In this document: positions 1 to 11,600 of the stretch, one piece after another
How positions within the stretch are numbered: position 1 is the stretch's first letter
Layout: each line of letters starts with the position of its first letter
DNA from: Azolla caroliniana
Taxonomy: Eukaryota > Plantae > Polypodiophyta
NCBI GenBank assembly: GCA_043228905.1
Contig: JBHGNT010000018.1
Span: 3,410,001-3,474,000, forward strand
Direction: 5' to 3'
Length of the DNA stretch: 64,000 bases
Position numbers and translations under genes: made by a program
Notes under the pieces: model-generated
Databases searched by the model: none
What the model was told of the DNA's origin: nothing
The model's input: only the letters and a program-made list of their open reading frames with translations

Positions 1-1637
1 CAATAAATTGTGGTCATGAGGTTACAATCCCTGCCTTTGCTTTCCTCCATCCTTTATTCAGCCACAAACTTTTGTACCCTTATGATTTATCATATCATCT
101 AGTTTGATAGCTCTTACCCTCATTTCGAGGAGCATCACTTAGAGTATGATGTGGTTGCCTTGACCCAAACGTGGCATCATAGAAACATCTTGTGTATTTT
201 CTTGATGTCATTCCCTCTAGAATGAGGCATGCATACTTCCTTCCCATGGTCGCACCATATGATAGCAAGAGATTGATGACAAATGCATTGAAATGACTTA
301 TCTTTGCTTGGCATCAACGAGGTTTATGGAGATTGCATTTGGATTCAAAGACTTGACAACTTGACAACTTGCCCTATTTTCAATCAGTGTTCTATGCATG
401 TGCCCCAATCATGATTAGCAAGGAGATTGATGCTTGATATTTTGAAAGCCCTCACATGTGCTATAACATTATCTTTATAAGTGAGGCATGAGTAAACAAT
501 GTAGCTTGGCCTTGACTATCATGTGTATGAGTTTTCCCTACATTTATTAATGGGTTACTCTCGTTACAAAAATCCTCAAAGGTATGAATAAAGTGCCCAA
601 GAGCATTGACATCCCATGGGAAGAACATGATGTTGTTTGCACAAGAAGTAGAATAGCCAAATAGACTCTATTCCCTTACGCCTCAAGGATAATGAGATGG
701 TATGTGGCTAGTTTCAATCTAAAATTGCCTTGGCCTATAGCTCTTTTGTCATGTTTCTCTACTTACTTACAAATCTCTTTTGCAAGATTGAAGAGTTTTA
801 TAAACATTGATCCTATCATGATAGTATTGTAGTTAGAATCTCAGTATAAACATAGAGCCTACCATGATAGTATTGTCATTAGAATCTCACAATTGTTTCC
901 AAATGTGCAATCTACCCATGTGTGTATGTGACGCTATTTGTGTTAGTTCAAGTGTTATCACACGTGCGTGTAGATCCACAAATGTAGGGTAGTATGGATG
1001 AGAGGCAAAGAATTTTTATGTGATTATACCCACCTACATATGGACTTCTGTATTAGACTCTTATGGCATGCTCTACTTCAAAGAAAGATCAAAATGTGGC
1101 TTAATCATCTAATGGTTCTAAGTTTAACTATTACAAATGATGTTAACTCTAGTTCCTCTACATATAAGAAATTCAACGAGTTGTGTGACTAATTTAAAAA
1201 ACGCGATGATTTGATTGAAATGAATTCTTTGAGTTGTTTTAACATTATTATATATTTTATGTATGGATTTGATGGCCAATTATTTGTGATTCATTAGAGT
1301 AGGTGAAAATTTTGAGAATCTTATTTGGTTGATTGTTTAGAAATTTTCTGACCCAATTGAATTGTTAAGTTGAGCCTAAGTAAGTAACTTTTTTACCATT
1401 ATTTGTGGTCTTGTGATCATGGTTTGATGTTCATTCATTATTCTTTAACAAAATCTACCTTAAATTTCATTTGCTTTTAGTACCTCCCTTTGCATGTTCA
1501 TGATATCTTTTGGTCTTTCAAGTTCCATTCATTTATCATATGCATTGCATGAACATATAAAGGTTAAAAAACAAGAAACCTCTTGAACTTACTACATATG
1601 AATGGTTGCGCGAAATTATAGGTTGTGAAAAACATTG

Positions 1638-2025
1638 AAACTACATAAAATAAAGTTGATGTTGCAAAAAATGCAATATTTGGAAATTTATGGCGAATCT
1701 TAGTCATTCTTCCTCAAATCATTTAAATTTTGGGTGAAGCTTTCAAAATTCTTTGTCATAGAAATAGCCAAACATTTTCTTGATTTGTGACAACAGTCAT
1801 TGAGGAGTAACGTGAGCGTGTGCATGTGGTGGAATAAACAACATAAAATAAAGTCGATGATGCAAAAATGCAATATTTGGATTTTTTTGGTGAATATTAG
1901 TCATACTTCCTCGATTCATTTAAAAATTGGGTCAACCTTTCAAAAATCTTCATCATAGAAATAGCCAAACATTTTCTTGATTTGTGTCAACAGTCATTGA
2001 GGAGTAATGTGAGCGTGAGCATGTA
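1638..2025. repeat. Tandem duplication, two ~197-bp diverged copies (~1638-1827 and ~1836-2025)
   Basis: Shared blocks ACATAAAATAAAGT.GATG.TGCAAAAA and CATAGAAATAGCCAAACATTTTCTTGATTTGTG.CAACAGTCATTGAGGAGTAA occur in both copies. Confidence 0.85.
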
Positions 2026-3549
2026 CTGGAATCTCCTATCCATTTCGTTTGATCAAGTTGTAATAGTCTAATGAGTAATCTTCCTAACATGTGCCAAGAG
2101 CTTGATAGACATCGGATATGATAAAACTTCTCATGTATCCTTAATAAACTAGTTTGAACAGGGAGACGACCACGAAGATGTAGACGTGACGATGAGGGAT
2201 GTAGGATGAGGCAAGGAAAGAGTTTTAATTTATGAACCAACTGAAGATAATGTTTAATACATATTGAAAGTTCCTTACATTGACTGTTCATAACATCTTT
2301 CTTAAGTAAGAAGACGAGTCTATGTCACTTAATATCGGAGGGTTTCCTTCCCTTTGCATTATTATTTGCAAGTATATCATTATTCTAAACCCCGTAAACA
2401 CTTCTAATTTAGAGTCTTGTTTTCTAAAAAAAAGTAGAAACTATGAGAATGTAATACATACTTAAAACTAAATGATACCATCAATTATGTATATTGATTA
2501 TCCAAGAAATGAAGATATATCATGTGTGCATGCATGTCGTCCTCTTGAGACATACACATGAGGACCCTCTCTATATGTTCATAAAAAAGAAAAGCTTGGA
2601 GACACGTGCATCACTATATTGTTGACTAGCCAAAAGTGTTCTACTTGTGTTCTCGTAATAATTATATATTATGGAAATATCCTAGAGGAAAGTTTTGATG
2701 TCACGATTACACAATTGGGCATGTATACCTCATATTAACTTCAAATGAACTTCCATTCAATCTAACAGTTTATGTCAACAAGGCAATCGTACATCTAAAG
2801 GTGTGGACGTAAGTAGACAATTTATTTTGCAAGCAAACCCTGTTTTTTTTTGTCACAAAGTGTCAACATGCATTATGTCTACATCCTCGATTAACAAGAT
2901 GAATCAATTAATCACCTTTTGGAGACATTCAAAAGAAGAACAAGAATAACCATTTTGAAACAAATGTGTTACTTGTATATATTGTACACCAATAGCAATG
3001 TATCCATCCTCAAGATGTTTTACTATTTTTTTTCAAACTTTAGATGTTCTAGATAGGGCTCATGGAACACATGTCATATGAATATATGGTTTTGCCATGA
3101 GATGAAAATGAGTTTGAGCGCATAAGGTATTTATTCAAAGATATTGCCTATCTATTGACCTTTAGTTGTTTTATTCAAACACCAATTTTGATCTTGAAAT
3201 CTTCATCAATTTCTTTTACTAAATCTTAAAATTACTAAATCTCAATCTTGTATGTTGATCTAACCTTGGCATACTTTATCATTGATTTGAACATCGACAC
3301 ATTCATATCTTGCATTTTGAGATCGTCACTTTGATCTTGATTTTATAGTGGACTTGGATCCCATTGCAATTTGCATTCAAGGTTTTGTAGATACTAATGC
3401 AATGTTTCTTTTTCTTTTTCACATTTATGGGTAAAATCATTTATATTTTAACTTGCTTGGTAATATCTTTTGTCTTGATTCTAATTCTCTAGTGAAAGGT
3501 TGTGGTGATACTTGTCTGCTTCTAATGCATACTTACTTGAGAATAACTT

Positions 3550-3745
3550 TGAAGCACCGATTTGTTAAGCATTAATTATCAATTAAAAGGGATGGTATCA
3601 TATCAATAACATTTCTTGCACGTCATATCTCTATTATGTTGTGAGTGTATCGATTAGGCTTAAGACAAGTAATATTACAATAATGAATTATCTGAAAATA
3701 TAACTAGCAATGGTATCAGAGCCATGTTTTCATCTCAAATTAGGG
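3550..3745 (+). mobile_element. LTR retrotransposon remnant: LTR 3' end plus tRNA-iMet primer-binding site
   Basis: ...CTAGCA-A-TGGTATCAGAGC at 3711-3722 is the canonical Met-i PBS directly after a CA end. No gag follows and the left boundary is approximate. Confidence 0.5.
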
Positions 3746-4187
3746 TTTATTCTAAAGAGTATAATAGATCTTATTACATTTCTACATTCATAAACCGGCA
3801 TTCATAGAAAGCAAAATAAAGCGCATCATACACCAATGCAATTGGTTTTAAAGGCTTTGGGTGTGATGGACAAACTCGATCATGAAGCAAATCACTAATA
3901 TTAAGTTCAATATTGAAAAAGTGTGAATCTGATCACTGATGTTCTATGTGACTTTCAACATTGACATACATATTTAAAAAAAATTAATATTCATCTTATT
4001 TCAGGATGACCCTAGTATAGTTGATGCACATGTAAAGGCCTATACAGTTGAGTGCACATCTCTAGACACTAGTTATATGTCAGTTCACCATTCACAACAC
4101 GATAATGCTTTATTTCCCCCATTCTCCAAGCTTCAAAGAGAGATCTGCTTCAGTAGGCATTCCCAATGGATGCTGCAAGTATGTTTT

Positions 4188-6059
4188 TTACAAAAAATAC
4201 ACATTAGCACTCTTCTCATCGAGCTCCGCTGCATGCTCAAAAGCCCATCTCCCTAACGCCGCATTCCCTGATGTGTGGCAATGCCCTAATAAGGTCAAGA
4301 ATAGTGCACGCCGATCTGAAGATGATAATACATTATCCAGCAAATCTTTTGCCTTGTCTAAGCACCCAACTTGACCGAATAGATCTATCATACAGGCGTA
4401 ATGCTCCCGTGTTGGGGTTAGAGAATAAACACCACACATTTCATCAAACAACTTCTCTCCCTCCTCCAATAGGCCATCCTGACTGCATGCTGTGAGCAAC
4501 ACATGGAAGGTCACAAGGTCGGGTGAAATGCCTTCAGCCTTCATTTCATCGTAAAGTTCAAAAACAACTTGAGTTTGACCTAGTTGTGCATATCCTACCA
4601 TAAGTGAAGTCCAGGAAACATTGTTTCGTACTGGTAGCTCTTGGAATACTTCTTGTGCCTTTGGAAGCGCACCGCATTTGACATACATATCTACAAGTGC
4701 CGAACCAAGGACAGCATCTGTTCGCAACAGACCCTTCTCTCGAACCTCAGCATCAATGGCTTTGCCTGTTTCGAGAGAGCTTAGAATGCCACAAGCTTTC
4801 AAAGCACAGATGTAAGTTATTCCATTCGGAGAAACTCCTTTCTCCTTGAGATTCCAGAAGCATTTAAGGGCTTTTCCACCGAGCCCATGTTGAACATATC
4901 CCGCCATTAGCGTTGTCCACGTCACAATGTCCCCAGCAGAACTAATCTCATCGAATACCTCTCGTGCTTTCTTCAAGGCACCACATTTGACATACATGTC
5001 TAGCAAAGCATTACCAAGCACTATGTCTTTCCTTAATAAGCCTTGCTTCCTCACCTTGACATCTATTTCTTTGCCGATATCGAGAGATCTTACAATGCCA
5101 CATGCTTTCAAAACACAAATATATGTTACAACATCCGCGAGGAGCTTCTCGTCCTGCATCTTTCGGAAACATTCCAAAGCTTCATGGCAGAGACCTCGGC
5201 GGACATATCCAGCTATAAGTGTTGTCCACGATATAACATTTCGCACCGGAAGAAGCTCAAAAACTTCTTGTGCTTTCTCAGGTGCACCACACTTGGCATA
5301 CATATCTATCAATCCGTTCCCAAGCACAAGGTCTTTTTTCAGTAGCCCTTGCTTTCTGATTTCGGCATCAATGTTTTCTCCCATTTCAAGAGACGCTACA
5401 ATACCACAAGCTTTCAAAATGCAAATGTATGTTATTGAATCTGGAGAGATCCCCTCGTCTTGCATTTGTTTGAAGCATTTCAATGCTTCGAATTCGAATC
5501 CATGTTGGAGATATCCAGTGATGATTGTCGTCCAAGACACAACATTTCTTATCGGAAGCTCTTCAAATACTTCTCGTGCTTTCTTCAATGCACCGTGCTT
5601 AGCATACATGTCCACCAAGACATTACCCAGAGCAATATCTTTTGCCAATAACCCTTGTTTCCGAACCTCAGCATTAATGTCATCTACAATGGAAAGTGAA
5701 CCTACATGAGTACAACCTTTCAAAATACAAATGTAAGTGACTGAATTTGGGTTCACATTCTCCTCTTGCATTTGTTTGAAGCAATCTAGTGATTTTTCAT
5801 GGAGACCTTTGAGGCCATAAGCAGATATCAATGCATTCCACGAGATCGTATCCCGAACTGAGAGCTTTTCAAACACTTCTTGTGCTTTCTCTAAAGCACC
5901 GCATTTAGCATATGCACTAAGAAGTGCAGTGCCAATATAGACATCCTTTGAGATGAATTCTTCTATATCAACATGAACTCTTGTGGTTGTGGACAAGTCT
6001 TTCTCTTTTCCACATGATTTTAAAATATCCAAAAGGGACTTCCTCTCTTGGAAGTCCAT
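4188..6059 (-). CDS. PLS-class pentatricopeptide repeat protein (organellar RNA-editing factor type), intronless, C-terminal E domain truncated
   Basis: 623-aa ORF with about four P-L-S triplets (GNALLDMYVKCGA..KA.EVF / VVSWTT.I.GY / TYICILKAC), ending in L2/S2/E-like motifs (HYACMIDLFG, LLGHCHTSGNAALGRWAFE). Confidence 0.92.
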   Translation of the reverse strand: MDFQERKSLLDILKSCGKEKDLSTTTRVHVDIEEFISKDVYIGTALLSAYAKCGALEKAQEVFEKLSVRDTISWNALISAYGLKGLHEKSLDCFKQMQEENVNPNSVTYICILKGCTHVGSLSIVDDINAEVRKQGLLAKDIALGNVLVDMYAKHGALKKAREVFEELPIRNVVSWTTIITGYLQHGFEFEALKCFKQMQDEGISPDSITYICILKACGIVASLEMGENIDAEIRKQGLLKKDLVLGNGLIDMYAKCGAPEKAQEVFELLPVRNVISWTTLIAGYVRRGLCHEALECFRKMQDEKLLADVVTYICVLKACGIVRSLDIGKEIDVKVRKQGLLRKDIVLGNALLDMYVKCGALKKAREVFDEISSAGDIVTWTTLMAGYVQHGLGGKALKCFWNLKEKGVSPNGITYICALKACGILSSLETGKAIDAEVREKGLLRTDAVLGSALVDMYVKCGALPKAQEVFQELPVRNNVSWTSLMVGYAQLGQTQVVFELYDEMKAEGISPDLVTFHVLLTACSQDGLLEEGEKLFDEMCGVYSLTPTREHYACMIDLFGQVGCLDKAKDLLDNVLSSSDRRALFLTLLGHCHTSGNAALGRWAFEHAAELDEKSANVYFL

Positions 6060-6614
6060 TTTGGGAAGGTTTTGATGAGATTTTTTATGTGCCCATTTAA
6101 GGCTTTCTGATTTGGGTTGGACACAAGAGGGGTTTTGTTGCCCATCAATCCATAGCCCTTTCCGTGTGTTCTTGTGTAAGAAATCAGCTGATTCTGGGCT
6201 TCTCTGTAGTACATGATTTCAAACAAAATAGCCATAAAAAGAGGTACAAAGTCGTGAAGGTTAAGATAGTTAGTAATAAGGATTTGATGTTCTTTTACCT
6301 TGGCATTTCTGTTGTTCCGGGATTGGGAAGGGTCCCTGAGAAAGGCATCACAGAAGAGCTCTGTGTCTTTGGAATACATGGTTCTGTTATGCTTTTAGAC
6401 AATGGGAAATCATTATGTTTATCCTCACAAATTCTATAACAAATGGTGATCTGTTCCCATTTTACCTTATCATCACCCACAAAAAAACATACAACTCTCA
6501 AACAAATGGTGTGTGTCCAATGTCCATGGTGTTTTAGAGTGGCCTCATTGTCGACTAACTCACCAAAACACGGAGACAAGGCCAGGCCAGTGCATATGAA
6601 CCCTCGTCTAGGAA

Positions 6615-7292
6615 TCGGCAATGGCTCAACACAAGCCTAAACCAAACCGTTAAAACATTGATAAACGGTTTGGTGGTTCGGTTCGGTTTCTTGGCCATGA
6701 AACCAAACCAACCCATTTATTCATAATAAAAGCTGAACCAATTTGTTTTAAATTTATGAAGCCATTTAAACCTAACCGTTTACGGAAAATTTAGAATCAA
6801 ACCAAACCAGTTTATTATAAATCAAAATAGGACCAAACCAAACCATTTTTGACAAATATTGATCCTCATACTTATTATAAATTTGTGTGAGAAAATCATC
6901 ATAAGTTTTGTCATCATGCTTATTATAATTTTGGTCATCCTACTTATCATAAATTTAGTCATCACACTTCTCATAAATTTGATCATCATAAATGAAAAGG
7001 AGACTCTACATATAATGCATATAAAATTTAATAAGCTAGTTTTAAATTAAAAGTTGAAAGTTAGAGACTATAGGAAAATTTTAGGAGTATTTTTTAACAT
7101 ATAAACCGAACCACAAAAACCGAAACCAATAAACCGCTAAACCATGAAATTCAAAACCGAACCGAACTGAAATCAAACCGAATAGTAACATTTGAAACCA
7201 AACCAAATTGTTTATTTATCTTCGAATCAATAGATCGTTAAGCCAAGGTTTAACGGTTCCGTTTGGTTTGAGCCGAAACCAGGCCATCACTA
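6615..7292. mobile_element. Degenerate non-autonomous DNA transposon (hAT/MITE-like) with AAACCG/CGGTTT sub-terminal repeats
   Basis: Left end GGCAATGGC..AAACCAAACCGTTAAA is the approximate inverse of right end TTTAACGGTTCCGTTTGGTTTG..GCCATCACTA. Dense AAACCG/AAACCA motifs at both ends with an AT-rich core. Confidence 0.55.
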
Positions 7293-7296
7293 CTCG

Positions 7297-8254
7297 GTTT
7301 GCCAATGCTCAAGCCAAACCGAACCATTTATGGCCAAACCAGTTTAAGCGTCAACCGATTTGGACAAAACGGTTGCTAAATTAGTTTAATACTAATTGCT
7401 TTGGCCAAACCAGTTAAGCCAAAATCGAATTGTTGTTGATTCCTACCCTTGTCCAATCTTTGTGAAACCCAAATTCAACGAATCATGCAATTTATCAATA
7501 AATTATAACATTGTGCTTCTATGCACAATCATAACATCTTATCAAAACAAAAGGCTACTACATATGAACCCTGATGATATATTACCAACACACAAATTCA
7601 ATGAATTGTGCATGTTATCAAAAACATCGTGCTTCTATAAACAATCATAACACAAGAGAACCCATCAAGTACTCGATGGAAGCCTCAAAAAAGTTCATCA
7701 TGTAATCCACCATTCCGACTTTGGCGTTTGTCGTCAGACAAAGGTGAGAGGCTCCACTTCACGCCCCAACCTTCGCCTACATTAATGCAATTAATATTGA
7801 GTATGATTGCCTCGTCTCTTCTTTAAGCAAAAATAATGACTTGTAGAAGCAATGAAATGTTGAATATGATTATGAGTAAACCCTTGAGGATTGGTTCTCA
7901 TCAAGCTCTAGGCAAATCACATTCAATCTAACATGATAAGCACGTGGCTTGTGGAAGAGTTAATGGGATTTGCAACTCAAATTATCCAAGTCTCACATTG
8001 ACCCTATCACAACAATGGAATTTCTGTGTGAAATGTCTAACCTAGTATTTGGTGGGGTGATCATATAAACCCTAAACCCTGATCATATAAACTCCAACAA
8101 AGTACGTTTTAACCAAGCTTGTCCCACACATGTGTGAACTCCGGCTACAAGTTTGTACCCACAATCACTCTTGTTATGGAAGATGAATTGGGCTAAATCG
8201 ATTCGGCTTAACTAGTTCAGGGATCGGTTTGGTTCAAGTTGAGCACTTCCAAAC
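7297..8254. mobile_element. Second degenerate inverted-repeat element (MITE-like)
   Basis: GTTTGCCAATGCTCAAGCCAAACCGAACC...TTAAGC..CGATTTG (7297-7365) is the imperfect inverse of CGATTCGGCTTAACTAGTT...GGTTTGGTTCAAGTTGAGCACTTCCAAAC (8189-8254). Confidence 0.45.
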
Positions 8255-8619
8255 TTTTGGTTAAGCTGAAACCGAATTCCTAAATTATTTATGTGAAAGC
8301 TTTAAGCAACACAAAAGGGAGGGTATTTCTGAAATTTCTAAAAACGACACCTTACACACAAATACTTAAAAAAGAAGAAGAAATAATTACATTTATTTCG
8401 CTCATTATTGGACGAAGTTATTTGAATTTTCTCATTTTTCTTTGTTTCCACGAGACGTAACGAAAGGCAGGCGTACACGAACGCCACAGTTTCTGTCTGT
8501 TTTCTCTGCTGAAGCTCGCCATAGCTCCTCCTCATCGAACCGGAATCAGAAGAACGTTCCATTTGAACAGAACAACGCTCAGCTCCCTTCTAACAAAGAG
8601 AACAAAGAAAGTTAATCCA

Positions 8620-11600
8620 ATGGATGGCAAAAAATACCAATATTTGGCACGATTCCTTCTTCTCTTCGTCTTTCTTCCATTCATCGGTTTTCTTACTTGC
8701 ATAGATGATTGTACATTCATCCGAAATGGTGATATTTCAGTCCGAAGAAGATCTTGCTTTGAAGCAAAAGCTGGACCTCTATGTAGAACGCTTGCAGGAT
8801 ACAGATTCAGGAGTACAGAAGCTTGCTCTAGAGAGCATGAGGTATGGTTTCGCATTCATTTTGAATATTAATGTTCAAGATAGATTTTGGAAAGTACGAA
8901 GTATGACTTCTTGTGATGGTTAATGTACGAGATTGCTCTAGAGAGCTGGAGGTATGCTTTTTTATTCATTTTGATGGTTAATGGTCTAGGTAATTGGTCG
9001 TTTACAGTCTCTGTGCCATTTCTTTTAATGTCAGTTTTATGATATGTCTCTGCTCGTTTGTGTAGCTAGTATTTTTTGCATCATTTCACTCTCAGGCGTT
9101 GTAATTGAACTTGATTCAAAGCTCAATATTCTGTTATCTTTGCTTTAGTATATGTTAGTTCTTCATGCAGAATAGGACCTCACAGCAGTTTTCAAGATTC
9201 TGAAATGGTTGAATGAACTTATCTATAATGAAGTAATGAATGTTCGTTCCTAAATTCTAATTCTTCATTTTTGTTCTTAGAAGCATTGTTTACTATTTAC
9301 TTGGTTCAAGATTGCTATTCTTTTCATTCTTTGTGATATGCTGTTACGTTGTTTCTTGTATTTCAGAATCCACAGCTGTCTTAAGGATTCTGAAATGGTT
9401 GAATGAACTTCTCATTTCATGAACTGTCGAATGTTTATTTGAAAGTTCTAATTCTTCATGTTTTTGCAAAAAGGGATGACTTATCTCTTATTCTCTTGCA
9501 TTCAAAATCTCTGCGTGCTTCCTTTACTGTGATGTGTTGTTAAGTCGCATATCTAGTATTTCAGAATCCACACAATTTTAAGGATTTCGAAATGGTTGAA
9601 TAAGCTTGTCAATCTTGAACAGTTGAGCGTTTGCTCCGAAGTTCTAATTCTTCATTTAAGTCGTTTATCTAGTATTTCAGAATCCATGGCTGTATTTGGG
9701 ATTCTAAGTTGGTGGAATGAGCTTGTCAATCATGAATTCATGAATGTTTGTTCCAAAGTTCTAATTATTTATGTTTGTACAAGTAAGCATGGCTTCTTAT
9801 TCACTTGTATTCAGGACTGCTGTTCTCTTCATTTTTTTGGTGATGTGTGTTGTTAAGTTGTTTCTCTATTATTTCAGAATCCACGGCTGTTTTAAAGACT
9901 CTAAAATGGTTGAACAAGGCTCGTGAATCATGGAGAGCTCAAAATTTACTCCAATTTTCTAATTCTTCATGTTTTTGCAAAGAAGAGGACTTCTTATTTA
10001 TTTGGATTCAAGCTTCTTGTTCTCTTGTTCTCTTGTTTTCCTGTGATAAATTGTTGAGTTGTTTTTCTAGTGTTTATGAATCATATCTTTTGTATTTTCA
10101 AATGGCAGTATCGATTCAAGTTCGAGAATATTTTTCTCTTTTTCTTGTGACCTGTTTATCTTTTATCCAGTCTCTGTGCATTATTTCATCTCATACTTAT
10201 GTGCAACTCAGATCCAAAGCTCAAGATTGCGGGTCTCTTAATTTCTTTGATTTACTACTTACTATTGAGTACATGCTCTTTTAGAGTCCATGTCTGTTGT
10301 ATGGATTATGAGATGCATTTTACAATGGTTGAAGTGAGCTTGTGAATCCAGCTATATATAGCTTCTGATGTTCATTTCCAATCCCAATGTTGCATGTGTC
10401 TTGAACTTTTTTCCTCCCTTAAGTTTTGTTACACAACTTGCAACCTAGTATTTGTTGTTTTTAGAGTCTATCTTTGTTGTATGGGTGCTGAGATGCATTT
10501 TTCTCTTGTTGAAGTGCACTTTTGTGAATCCAGGATGTATGTATCTTTTAATGTTCAGTTTCAAATTCTAATGTCTCATGTCTATGAATCTTTTTATTCT
10601 ATACAACCTACAAATGCATTTTGTGTAGATGTCTATGTTGCTTCTTAGTAGTTCACACATTAAAGTTATAATCTCATGGGAATCACCTAATCACACATGA
10701 ATCACTTAGTTGTCAACACATTTTCTAATGTTCAGTTTCAAATTCTAATGTCTCACGTTCCTCAAAAGATTTTTATTATATACAACCTACAAATGCATTT
10801 TGTGTAGACGTCTATGTTGCTTTGTAGTAATTAATATTGAAGTTATAATCTCTTGGGAATCTCCTAGTCACACTCGAATCAAAATAATTCTCAGTGAGTA
10901 CAAGAATCAAAATAATTATCAGTGATGAGAGTACAAGTTTTGTTACACAACTTGCAACCTAGTATTTGTTGTTTTTAGAGTCCATCTTTGTTGTATGGAT
11001 TCTGAGATGCATTTTTCTCTAGTTGAAGTGCGCTTTTGTGAATCCAGGATGTATGTATCTTTTAATGTTCAGTTTCAAATTCTAATGTCTCACATCCTTT
11101 TTTTATTCTATACTGCCTACAAATGCATTTTGTGTAGATGTCTATGTTGCTTCTTAGTAGTTAACACATTAAAGTTATAATCTCATGGGAATCACCTAGT
11201 CACACATGAATCACTTAGTAGTTAACACATTTTCTAATGTTCAGTTTCAAATTCTAATGTCTCACGTTCCTCAAAAGCTTTTTATTCTATACAACCTACT
11301 AATGCATTTTGTGTATAATTCATAATTGAATGCCTTCCCTATGGAATATTGTATGACCTTTTGGCATCTTTGAAAAATGGCTCTATATGGTTATATAATG
11401 TTCCTCGTCTTTGGAATGATGTCCTATAAAAAGACTTGGAGCTTTAGTGGGACTCTCAAAGATGAAGTATATGCTTATAATGCACATTGCGTATCATGAT
11501 TTATTCTGATCTTCCTCATATTCAGAGCTAGCCTTTTTACTAAAGGGTTTCTTTATTGGCACATATTTTTCCTCTTTTGATACATAAATAAATAAATAAA

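Noticed and set aside
1-900. Sequence with the feel of a decayed TE coding region
   Set aside because: No diagnostic motif could be read in any frame
4927-5709. 260-aa plus-strand ORF (also 59942-60214 and 63253-63567)
   Set aside because: Antisense shadows of real minus-strand genes
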